This document shows positions 1 to 8,202 of a stretch of 64,000 bases of DNA, one piece after another. This stretch comes from an uncultured Bacteroidota bacterium (GTDB lineage: Bacteria; Bacteroidota; Bacteroidia; Bacteroidales; P3): positions 13,202-77,201 of the forward strand of contig CADBDA010000009.1 of assembly GCA_902793295.1 (NCBI GenBank), written 5' to 3'. The stretch's first letter is position 1; each line of letters opens with the position of its first letter. A program made the translations under genes and the position numbers. Under the pieces are notes generated by a model. It made no database searches. It had not been told where the DNA came from and saw nothing but the letters and a program-made list of their open reading frames with translations.

Positions 1-479
1 CGGTGGTAGTAGCGCTCGCCGATGGTTTGCAGCAGCTGCGCCATGTCGGTTGACTTTTCGCCAAACAGGGGCTGCCCTTCCGCCTCGTCGGCGGACGTGA
101 CTTCGGTACCGTAGCGGTAGCGAACCACCTCGTAGTCGCCGGCCAAAGCGTCGGCCAGACGCTGCAGCGACTGCTGGAAGTCGCCATGGTAGTAGGCCGA
201 ATCGGGGCTATAGTCGGGCGATTTGCTGTTGTCTTCGGCCAGGATGACGATGGGGCGCTCCTTGCGGTTGTTTTCGCGGCGCACCAGCGGCGACAGGAAA
301 AGGAAGGCGATGGCCGCCACCGAAAGGGTGCGCAAGGCGAAAAGCAATGCCGTCAGCCCGCGTCCGAAAGGGGGTTCCTGCTTGCGCCGTCGCAACAGGT
401 AGAGCACCGCAGCATAGGCCACACCTAGCAGCAGGCACAGCAACATAAAATACCAAGGGTAATCTATAATGAGTTTCAC
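1..479 (-). CDS. membrane protein, N-terminal part only (gene runs off the left edge); two N-terminal TM helices
   Basis: Minus-strand frame is open from the window edge to GTG 479 (alternative ATG 446). It reads (V/M)KLIIDYPWYFMLLCLLLGVAYAAVLYLLRRRKQEPPFGRGLTALLFALRTLSVAAIAFLFLSPLV.... It is absent from the ORF track because no stop lies in the window. Resembles BatA-like N-terminal double-TM proteins. Confidence 0.55.
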   Translation of the reverse strand, partial: MKLIIDYPWYFMLLCLLLGVAYAAVLYLLRRRKQEPPFGRGLTALLFALRTLSVAAIAFLFLSPLVRRENNRKERPIVILAEDNSKSPDYSPDSAYYHGDFQQSLQRLADALAGDYEVVRYRYGTEVTSADEAEGQPLFGEKSTDMAQLLQTIGERYYH

Positions 480-672
480 GTCGTTGTCCGATTAGTTGTT
501 TTTACCGATTGTCCAAGTAACTCCATTTGTCGCTTTTTATTGTACCGTTCAGCAACTTCTGACACGACGGGGTGAAGAAAAAAGACCGCTTCCGGCCCGT
601 TCCCCGACGGCACAGCGGAAGCACGAAGGCTCCCCATGGGCCACATTTTTGTCCCATGTCAAATTTTTTGTG

Positions 673-680
673 TACATTTG
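673..680 (+). promoter_or_regulatory. Bacteroidota -7 promoter box TACATTTG (TAnnTTTG)
   Basis: Exact match to the TAnnTTTG consensus, 25 nt upstream of ATG 705. Confidence 0.5.
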
Positions 681-704
681 CAAAAAAAATTAAGACATAC
701 ATTT

Positions 705-2837
705 ATGAAGAAACTGACCCTGCTGCTCCTCATGGCAGCCATGACAATCAACGCTTTGGCCGATGAAGGCATGTGGATTCCCATGCTTTTGGGCCGCAAC
801 GAAGCCGACATGCAAAAGGCCGGCATGCACATCTCGGCCAAGGATATCTACGACATCAACAACGCCTGCCTGAAGGATGCCATCATCCTCTTCAACCAGG
901 GCTGCACGGGCGAGTACGTCAGCGACGAGGGCCTCTTCCTCACCAACCACCACTGCGGCTACTCCTACATCACCATGCACAGCACCGTCGACCACGACTA
1001 TCTCACCAACGGCTTCTGGGCCATGGACCGCAGCCAGGAGATACCCTGCCCCGGTCTTACCGCCACAAGGCTGGTTCGCATGGAGGATGTCACCACACAG
1101 GTGCTGCAGGGCATCGACCCCTCGACGGCTGAAAGCGAACGCGCCGCCATCATCGAATCGAACATCAAGAAAATCACCCTCCGCGCCACCGAAGGCACCC
1201 ACTACAAGGCCATCATCAAGCCTTTCTACTACGGCAACCAGTACTTTATGTACATCAACGAGGTCTTCACCGACGTGCGCCTCGTGGGTGCTCCCCCATC
1301 GAACATCGGCAAATTCGGCGGCGACACCGACAACTGGATGTGGCCCCGCCACACGGGCGACTTCTCCATGTTCCGCGTCTATGCCGACAAGGACAACAAA
1401 CCGGCCCCCTACAGCGCCGACAACAAGCCCTACAAGCCCCTCAAACACCTCGACATCTCGCTCGACGGCGTCAAAGAGGGCGACTTCACCTTCGTCTTCG
1501 GCTATCCCGGCACCACCCAGCGCTACGTGACAAGCGACGCCGTCGACCTGGCCGCCAACATCGACAACCCCATCCGCATCCAGCTCCGCACCATCCGTCT
1601 CAACCACTACAACAAGGCCATGAACCAAAGCCCCGCACAACGACTCCGCTATGCCTCACGCGTGGCCAGCATCGCCAACGGATGGAAGAAATGGCAGGGC
1701 GAAACCCAAGGCATCAACCGCCTGAAAGGCGTGGAACAAAAACGCGACTTCGAGAAACGCTTCCAGGCATGGGCCAACGACAAACCGCAATACTACAACG
1801 TGCTGCCCCAGCTCAAAAAAGCCTACAACGTACTGCGTCCCATCGAGGTGGAACTGACCTACTTCAACGAGGCCGTCTTCGCCAGCGACTTCATGAACCG
1901 CGCCTACGAGTGCTGGAAACTCTCCAACGAGGAGGATATCGTCAAACGCAACGCCGCTGTCGACAAACTGAAGAGCTCACTGGACAAATACTTCGACGAC
2001 TTCGGCAAACACGCACCGGTCGACCGCGCCATCTTCATCGAGACCTACATGGTCATGTGGAAAGCCGGCTATGCCCCCTATCTGGGCATCAACACCCTGG
2101 ATCCCGCCAGCATCGAGAAGAAACTGGGCAAGATTTTCGACGAATCAATACTCAACAATAAGGCCAAGATGCAGAAATTCCTCGACAGTTACAACGCCAA
2201 AAGCAGCGCAAAACTGAAAAAAGACCCCGCCGTCGACCTCTTTGACCAGGCCTACCGTCTGGCCTACGACCCCCAGAAAATCGCCACCTACCGCCGCAAC
2301 AACCAGGACATCCAACGACTGATGCGCCTCTATGTCAAAGGCATGATGGAGATGCAACCCGACGTCAACTTCTTCCCCGACGCCAACCTGACGCTGCGCG
2401 TGGCCTACGGCCATGTCGAGGGCTTCCGCCCCAAGGACGGTGTCTACTACAAACCCTACAGCACCCTGCAGGGCATCATGGAAAAGGAAAATCCTGACAT
2501 CTACGACTATGTGGTCGAACCGAAGCTGAAACAACTATACAACACCAAAGACTATGGCCGCTACGGCACCCCCGACAAGGAAATGCCGGTGGGCTTCATC
2601 GCCACCAACCACACCACCGGCGGCAACAGCGGCAGCCCCGTGCTCAATGCCGACGGACAGCTGATCGGACTCAACTTCGACCGCTGCTGGGAAGGCACCA
2701 TGAGCGACCTCCTCTTCGACCCGGACTACTGTCGCAACATCTGTCTCGACATTCGCTACTGCCTCTTCATCATCGACAAATTCGCCGGCGCCCGCCATCT
2801 GATCAACGAGATGACCCTCGTGGGCGGCAACAAATAA
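705..2837 (+). CDS. dpp11: S46 family dipeptidyl-peptidase, DPP11-like (Asp/Glu-specific type)
   Basis: Signal peptide MKKLTLLLLMAAMTINALA is followed by DEGMW. TNHHCG (His) and GGNSGSP (Ser) motifs are present. An Arg sits 18 residues after the catalytic Ser (NFDRCWEG), the position of Arg673 in P. gingivalis DPP11. The ORF-track start 636 was trimmed to ATG 705. Confidence 0.85.
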   Translation: MKKLTLLLLMAAMTINALADEGMWIPMLLGRNEADMQKAGMHISAKDIYDINNACLKDAIILFNQGCTGEYVSDEGLFLTNHHCGYSYITMHSTVDHDYLTNGFWAMDRSQEIPCPGLTATRLVRMEDVTTQVLQGIDPSTAESERAAIIESNIKKITLRATEGTHYKAIIKPFYYGNQYFMYINEVFTDVRLVGAPPSNIGKFGGDTDNWMWPRHTGDFSMFRVYADKDNKPAPYSADNKPYKPLKHLDISLDGVKEGDFTFVFGYPGTTQRYVTSDAVDLAANIDNPIRIQLRTIRLNHYNKAMNQSPAQRLRYASRVASIANGWKKWQGETQGINRLKGVEQKRDFEKRFQAWANDKPQYYNVLPQLKKAYNVLRPIEVELTYFNEAVFASDFMNRAYECWKLSNEEDIVKRNAAVDKLKSSLDKYFDDFGKHAPVDRAIFIETYMVMWKAGYAPYLGINTLDPASIEKKLGKIFDESILNNKAKMQKFLDSYNAKSSAKLKKDPAVDLFDQAYRLAYDPQKIATYRRNNQDIQRLMRLYVKGMMEMQPDVNFFPDANLTLRVAYGHVEGFRPKDGVYYKPYSTLQGIMEKENPDIYDYVVEPKLKQLYNTKDYGRYGTPDKEMPVGFIATNHTTGGNSGSPVLNADGQLIGLNFDRCWEGTMSDLLFDPDYCRNICLDIRYCLFIIDKFAGARHLINEMTLVGGNK

Positions 2838-2889
2838 TACCACCCCTCCCAATCCGTCCATCACAACATCAAACATATCGACAAAAACT

Positions 2890-4104
2890 ATGACACGTAA
2901 ATCCACTTTGGCAGCTTTTGCCGTCCTGCTGCTCGCCACCGCATGCAAGCAGACACCCCAAACCAATATGGCCTATCGCCCGCTGGGCAACACGGGCCTG
3001 TCCGTCAGCGAAATCAGCATCGGCTGCGGCGGATTCGAAAAATTGGATTCGGCAGGTTCCATCGCCCTGATGGATATGGCCCTCGACAGCGGCATGAACT
3101 ACATTGACATCTACGACGCCAACCCCAAAACCCGCTCCAATATCGGCGCCGCACTCCAAGGCCGACGCGACAAGATGATCATCCAAGGCCACATCGGCAC
3201 CATCTGGGCCGACGGCCAGCACAAGCGCACACGCGACCTCGACTCCACACGCATGGGCTTCGAGGACCTGCTGAACCGCTTGGGCACCGACCATATCGAA
3301 GTGGGCATGATCCACATCACCGACAGCCCCGAGGAATGGAACGAACTGCAGGGCAGCCCCTTCCTCGACTATGTTTTCCAACTCAAGAAAGAGGGCAAAA
3401 TCAAACATATCGGCGTCAGCAGCCACAACGCCGAAGTGGCCCTCATGGCTGCCAAAAGCGGCTGGATAGAGGTCATCATGTTCAGCCTCAACCCCGCCTT
3501 CGACCGTCTGAAGGGTGGCACCATCCCCTGGGACAAGGGCGCCTTCGACAACCTGCAGGCCGGCATCGACCCCGTCCGCGTGGAATTCTATGACTACTGC
3601 GCCACCCACCATATCGGCGTGACCGTTATGAAGACCTTCGGCGGCGGCGGACGTCTGCTCGACGCCAAGACCTCGCAACTCGGCGTGGCCTTCACCCCCG
3701 AACAATGCATCGCCTACTGCCTCGCCAAACCCTGCATCTCCACCTGCATCCTGGGCGTCGACAACCTCGACGAGCTGCGCACCGACCTCCACTGGCTGCG
3801 CGCCACCGATGCCGAAAAGGACTACTCAGCAGCCATGCAGCCCTCCACCAACCAGACCGACGGCCAATGCACCTACTGCAACCACTGCTCGCCCTGTCCA
3901 CAGGGTATCCCAATCGCACGTGTCAACGAACTGCTTGACAAGGCTGAACACGACGGTATGACTCCCGAACTGCAAGCCCGCTACGACTCGCTGCCCCACC
4001 ACGCCTCCGAATGCACCCACTGCGGCAGCTGCATGACGCGTTGCCCCTTCGGTGTCGACGTGCCGGCACACATGGACAAAGCAGCCAAAGTGTTTGGAAA
4101 ATAA
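2890..4104 (+). CDS. aldo/keto reductase with C-terminal 2x[4Fe-4S] ferredoxin-like tail (COG1453-like)
   Basis: Canonical AKR N-terminus MAYRPLGNTGLSVSEISIGCGGF. C-terminal cysteine clusters CTYCNHCSPCP and CTHCGSCMTRCP. The start is ambiguous: ATG 2890 adds a lipoprotein-like leader, while ATG 2968 gives the canonical AKR start. Confidence 0.8.
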   Translation: MTRKSTLAAFAVLLLATACKQTPQTNMAYRPLGNTGLSVSEISIGCGGFEKLDSAGSIALMDMALDSGMNYIDIYDANPKTRSNIGAALQGRRDKMIIQGHIGTIWADGQHKRTRDLDSTRMGFEDLLNRLGTDHIEVGMIHITDSPEEWNELQGSPFLDYVFQLKKEGKIKHIGVSSHNAEVALMAAKSGWIEVIMFSLNPAFDRLKGGTIPWDKGAFDNLQAGIDPVRVEFYDYCATHHIGVTVMKTFGGGGRLLDAKTSQLGVAFTPEQCIAYCLAKPCISTCILGVDNLDELRTDLHWLRATDAEKDYSAAMQPSTNQTDGQCTYCNHCSPCPQGIPIARVNELLDKAEHDGMTPELQARYDSLPHHASECTHCGSCMTRCPFGVDVPAHMDKAAKVFGK

Positions 4105-4123
4105 CACTACACCATAAAACGGA

Positions 4124-4158
4124 AAAAGTGGACACGCCCCGCCGTCGTCCACTTTTTT
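4124..4158 (+). terminator. rho-independent terminator
   Basis: The stem is aaaagtggac paired with gtccactttt, followed by a T-run, just after the stop at 4104. Confidence 0.7.
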
Positions 4159-4204
4159 CGTTCTGGCACAACGCTTTTTCTTTTGCATAATAGGATTTAT
4201 TTTG

Positions 4205-4212
4205 TATTTTTG
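4205..4212 (+). promoter_or_regulatory. -7 box TATTTTTG
   Basis: TAnnTTTG match about 90 nt upstream of ATG 4304. Confidence 0.35.
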
Positions 4213-4303
4213 TCGCTTGAACGCACGCGCCGTTATCTCTTTAAATGTTTGTATAACTGTGCGTTATAATGCTTTTTTGATACAATATTAAAGTCAAATA
4301 ACA

Positions 4304-5251
4304 ATGAAAAAAATTCTTATTGTCGGTGCCGGTGGACAGATTGGTTCTGAACTGACACGTAATTTGAGAGACATCTATGGTGACAACAATGTAGTGTGCA
4401 GCGACTTGCGTCCGCTCAAGGGCGACCCCTACGAACGCGGTCCCGTCGAGCGCATCGACTCCACCCAAATCATGCAGATCGCCACGGCCGTCAAGCAGTA
4501 CAATATCGACACCATCTACAACCTGGCAGCTATCCTCAGCGCCACCGCCGAACTCAACCCCATGCTGGGTTGGAACGTAGGCATCGGCTCGCTGGTCAAC
4601 TGCCTTGAGGTGGCCCGCCTCTTCGGCTGCGCCGTCTTCACCCCCTCCAGCATCGGCGCCTTCGGCCCCTCCACGCCGCACGACAACACTCCGCAGGACA
4701 CCATCCAGCGTCCTAACACCATCTACGGCGTCACCAAAGTGACTGGCGAGTTGCTGAGCGACTACTACTTCACCCGCTTCGGCGTCGACACCCGCAGCGT
4801 CCGCTTCCCGGGCCTCATCAGCTACCAGACCCTTCCCGGCGGCGGCACCACCGACTACGCCGTCGAGATCTATTACGCTGCTGTCAAGGGCGAAAAATTC
4901 GTCTGCCCCCTGAAGAAAGGCACCTATATGGACATGATGTACATGCCCGACGCTCAGAAAGCCATGATCGACATCATGGAAGCTGACCCCACCAAGCTGG
5001 TTCACCGCAACAGCTTCAACGTCACCTCTATGAGCTTCGACCCCGAAATCATCTACAACGCCATCAAAAAACGCTATCCGACCTTCGAGATGGTGTACGA
5101 ACCGGAACCCATCAAGCAGGCCATCGCCGACAGCTGGCCCAACAAGATGGACGACAGCTGCGCCCGCAACGAATGGGGATGGAATCCCCAGTACGACCTG
5201 GAGCGCATGACCGACGACATGATCCTCAACCTCAAGAAGAAACTGCTTTAA
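4304..5251 (+). CDS. tdh: L-threonine 3-dehydrogenase, SDR/epimerase-type
   Basis: N-terminus MKKILIVGAGGQIGSELTRNLRDIYGDNNVVCSDL matches the short-chain (UDP-glucose-4-epimerase-like) TDH family. The YGVTK active-site motif is present. Confidence 0.75.
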   Translation: MKKILIVGAGGQIGSELTRNLRDIYGDNNVVCSDLRPLKGDPYERGPVERIDSTQIMQIATAVKQYNIDTIYNLAAILSATAELNPMLGWNVGIGSLVNCLEVARLFGCAVFTPSSIGAFGPSTPHDNTPQDTIQRPNTIYGVTKVTGELLSDYYFTRFGVDTRSVRFPGLISYQTLPGGGTTDYAVEIYYAAVKGEKFVCPLKKGTYMDMMYMPDAQKAMIDIMEADPTKLVHRNSFNVTSMSFDPEIIYNAIKKRYPTFEMVYEPEPIKQAIADSWPNKMDDSCARNEWGWNPQYDLERMTDDMILNLKKKLL

Positions 5252-5292
5252 GAACAATGCCGCCGCTGGTGGCCTGTCGCCACAATAACAGT

Positions 5293-5330
5293 AAGGGCGT
5301 TCCCCATTCGGGAAACGCCCTTATTCTTTT
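5293..5330. terminator. bidirectional hairpin terminator between convergent genes
   Basis: The stem is aagggcgttcccc paired with gggaaacgccctt (one mismatch), with a T-rich tract on the plus side. It lies between stops at 5251 (+) and 5350 (-). Confidence 0.6.
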
Positions 5331-5349
5331 GGGGTATTTCAGCCTCGTG

Positions 5350-6216
5350 TTATCGGTTCTTGACACGTATGATATTAAGATTCATACGGATGAGACTCCA
5401 CACGCTGACACCGATGCTGACATAGCGCGGCCAGTTGGGGTCTCTCACCGCCTGGCGTTTGCGACGCTTGTCGGGCTCCACATAGACGATGTCGTTGTTG
5501 TGCAGGTAGTAGTAGGGCGAATCCAGCATTTCCCGCTTGGTCAGGTCGATCTCGCCCAGCGTCTGAACACCATTCTCGGTGCGCACCACGGTCAGATTGT
5601 TGCGCTGGCCATAGTCGGTCAGGTCGCCACAAATGGCCAAAGCCTCCAAAACGGTGAGACGGGTTCCGGCGACATGGATCTGCTGAGGGTTGCGCACCTC
5701 GCCGACAACGGTCACCCTGAAGTTCATCAGCCGACAACTCACCTGCGGGTCATTCACATAGCCCTCCCCTTTCAGGCGCTGCTCGATATAGCGGCACAGG
5801 CTGTCGTGTGTAATTCCCGCCACCATTATCTCGCCAAAGACAGGGAAATTGATTGTGCCTCGTTCCGTGACGAAATAGCCCGTCACCTCGGTGGTGGTCT
5901 TCTGCGACTCGCTTATGACATTGTTCTTCGACTGGTCCACAACCGCACGTTGGGTGTTGTCCAGATATTCCAGCGAGTTGCTCTCCATAACCACCTTATG
6001 CGTCTCCTGGTTGAAAGGGATAACGCTTTGGGGTGTCAAGCTCGACACGTGGATATATATCTGGTCTCCCGGCAGAATGGTCGTTGCATATTGTTCCATA
6101 ATGGCCACCGCCGTGTCCCGCTGGGCATCGCTCAGGTAGGCCACTTCGTGGCTGCGACACGAACATGCAGCCAGCGCCGCAACGATCATGAGAAGGATTC
6201 TGTTTATCTTAGTCAT
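5350..6216 (-). CDS. polysaccharide export outer-membrane protein (Wza/OPX family lipoprotein)
   Basis: Lipoprotein signal ...VAALAACSC. A Poly_export-like segment reads INFPVFGEIMVAGITHDSLCRYIEQRLKG, followed by a SLBB-like segment VTVVGEVRNPQQIHVAGTRLTVLEALAICGDL. Confidence 0.8.
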   Translation of the reverse strand: MTKINRILLMIVAALAACSCRSHEVAYLSDAQRDTAVAIMEQYATTILPGDQIYIHVSSLTPQSVIPFNQETHKVVMESNSLEYLDNTQRAVVDQSKNNVISESQKTTTEVTGYFVTERGTINFPVFGEIMVAGITHDSLCRYIEQRLKGEGYVNDPQVSCRLMNFRVTVVGEVRNPQQIHVAGTRLTVLEALAICGDLTDYGQRNNLTVVRTENGVQTLGEIDLTKREMLDSPYYYLHNNDIVYVEPDKRRKRQAVRDPNWPRYVSIGVSVWSLIRMNLNIIRVKNR

Positions 6217-6322
6217 CTGTCATTCCGATTGTTACCACAAAGTGAATCCATGCCACAAAGTGGTTTATTCCGACTGCAAAAATACACAAAAAATTTATAA
6301 TGGCATAATTGGAAAAAAATCT

Positions 6323-6330
6323 TATCTTTG
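6323..6330 (+). promoter_or_regulatory. -7 box TATCTTTG
   Basis: TAnnTTTG match 48 nt upstream of ATG 6378. Confidence 0.5.
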
Positions 6331-6377
6331 CACTTTAAAAACATTTGTAAAAAATACGATAAAACAAAACTAACATC

Positions 6378-8135
6378 ATGAGAATCAGTAAAATTTTTGC
6401 AGCCGCATTGTTGCTGGCCCTCACAGTGGGCGGCACATCAAAAGCCTGCACCAATTTCCTTTTCACCAAAGGCGCCACCAAGGACGGCTCGACGATGATC
6501 ACCTACGCCGCCGACAGCCATGTGCTCTATGGTGAACTTTACTATCGCCGTGCTGCCAGCTATCCGGCCGGCGCCATGTTCCAGGTGGTCGATTGGGACT
6601 CGGGCAAACCCCTCATCAAGATTCCCCAAGTGGCACAGACCTACAGCGTGGTGGGCAACATCAACGAATACCAGCTGGCCATCGGCGAGACCACCTATGG
6701 CGGCCGCGAGGAACTGGCCAACGAGATTGACGGCGGTATCGACTACGGCTCGCTCATCTACCTCACCCTGCAGCGCGCCCGCAATGCCCGCGAGGCCATC
6801 CAGGTGCTCGCCGGCTTCCTCTCGCAATATCCCTACCACAGCGAAGGCGAGAGCTTCAGCATCTGCGACCCCAACGAGGTGTGGATTTTCGAACTTATCG
6901 GCAAACGTCCCGGACTGGCCAAAGCCGACCTTTCGAAGAAACTGAAATATAAATACACCGACGGTGCCGTATGGGTGGCCCGCCGCATCCCCGACGGCTA
7001 TGTCAGCGGCCACGCCAACCAGGCCCGCATCACCCAGTTCCCCCAGGAACCCAAGAAATTCGCCAAAGCCAAAGGTAAAGGCCTCCACACCGCCATCAGC
7101 AGCGCCCACCTCGACTACCTCTTCGAGCCCGAAGTGGAATGCGTCTACAGCAGCGATGTCATCACCTTCGCCCGTGCCTGCGGCTGGTACGACGGCACCG
7201 ATGCCGACTTCAGCTTCACCGACACTTATGCTCCTCTCACCTTCAGCGGCATCCGCGCCTGCGACGCACGCGTCTACGCCATGTTCCGCCGCGTCAACGC
7301 CAGCATGAAGAAATACGAGAAATACGCCATGGGCGACGCCACTGCCGAACGCATGCCCCTGTGGATCAAACCCGACCACAAAGTTGACGTGAAGGAGGTT
7401 ATGGACCTCATGCGCGACCACTACGAGGGTACCGCTATGGATATGACCCAGGATGTGGGTGCCGGTCCCTTCGCCTGCCCCTACCGTTGGCGCCCCATGA
7501 ACTGGGAACTCGACGGCAAGAAATACATCCACGAGCGCGCCACATCGACCCAGCAGACCGGCTTCAGCTTCGTGGCCCAGTGCCGCAGCTGGCTGCCCCG
7601 CAAGGTGGGTGGCATCATCTGGTTCGGTGTCGACGACACCTACTCCACCGTCTACTGCCCCATGTACTGCGGCATCACCGACATCCCCGTCTGCTTCCGC
7701 GAAGGCAACGGTGACATGCTGACCTATAGCGCCACCTCCGCCTTCTGGCTCTTCAACCGCGTCACCAACTTCGTCTACAGCCGCTACAAAGACATGATCG
7801 TCGACCTGCAGAAAGTGCAGACCGACCTTGAAGAGGGCTTCATCACCGACGTCGAGAAATTCGACAACCGCGTGAAGGACGCCACCGACAAAGAGGTAAC
7901 CACCCTGCTCAACGACTTCAGCGGCCGCCAAGCCAAGAAAATGATGGACGAATGGACCAAACTGGACCAGTACCTCCTTGTGAAATACATCGACGGTAAC
8001 ATCAAGAAAGAGGAAAACGGCAAATTCAAACGCACCGAATTCGGCGGTTGCGCCATGCCCAACATGCCCCAATACCCCCAGTGGTTCTATCGCCAAATCG
8101 TCAAAGACCACGGCAACATCATCGAGGAGAAATAA
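6378..8135 (+). CDS. C69 family dipeptidase (secreted, Ntn-Cys), copy 1
   Basis: A signal peptide is followed by the nucleophile Cys in KA-CTNFLF. Collinear similarity to the next gene runs over the whole length. Confidence 0.85.
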   Translation: MRISKIFAAALLLALTVGGTSKACTNFLFTKGATKDGSTMITYAADSHVLYGELYYRRAASYPAGAMFQVVDWDSGKPLIKIPQVAQTYSVVGNINEYQLAIGETTYGGREELANEIDGGIDYGSLIYLTLQRARNAREAIQVLAGFLSQYPYHSEGESFSICDPNEVWIFELIGKRPGLAKADLSKKLKYKYTDGAVWVARRIPDGYVSGHANQARITQFPQEPKKFAKAKGKGLHTAISSAHLDYLFEPEVECVYSSDVITFARACGWYDGTDADFSFTDTYAPLTFSGIRACDARVYAMFRRVNASMKKYEKYAMGDATAERMPLWIKPDHKVDVKEVMDLMRDHYEGTAMDMTQDVGAGPFACPYRWRPMNWELDGKKYIHERATSTQQTGFSFVAQCRSWLPRKVGGIIWFGVDDTYSTVYCPMYCGITDIPVCFREGNGDMLTYSATSAFWLFNRVTNFVYSRYKDMIVDLQKVQTDLEEGFITDVEKFDNRVKDATDKEVTTLLNDFSGRQAKKMMDEWTKLDQYLLVKYIDGNIKKEENGKFKRTEFGGCAMPNMPQYPQWFYRQIVKDHGNIIEEK

Positions 8136-8156
8136 CACCTTATTGACAAACTTTTA

Positions 8157-8189
8157 AAAGGGTCGGTTTGCAAAGACCGACCCTTTTTT
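8157..8189 (+). terminator. rho-independent terminator
   Basis: The stem is gggtcggt paired with accgaccc, followed by TTTTTT. Confidence 0.7.
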
Positions 8190-8202
8190 AAACATTACCT
8201 AT

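Noticed and set aside
5173-6300. 375-aa plus-strand ORF overlapping the Wza-like gene
   Set aside because: It is antisense to a gene with a clear lipoprotein signal and Poly_export/SLBB motifs. Its own translation has no signal or motif and begins inside the tdh 3-prime end.
6438-8138. 566-aa antisense ORF covering the whole first C69 dipeptidase gene. Similar long antisense ORFs lie at 690-1640, 8233-9492, 12101-12979, 13487-14617, 14849-16684, 20813-22177, 23126-24874, 26594-27652, 49034-50764, 51629-52552, 55369-56793, 57847-59049, 60018-61892 and 62717-63667.
   Set aside because: All lie antisense or out of frame within genes that have clear family motifs. Their translations are low-complexity (Ala/Gly/Val/His/Arg/Asp-rich) with no recognisable motifs. 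These are typical shadow ORFs of a GC3-rich genome.
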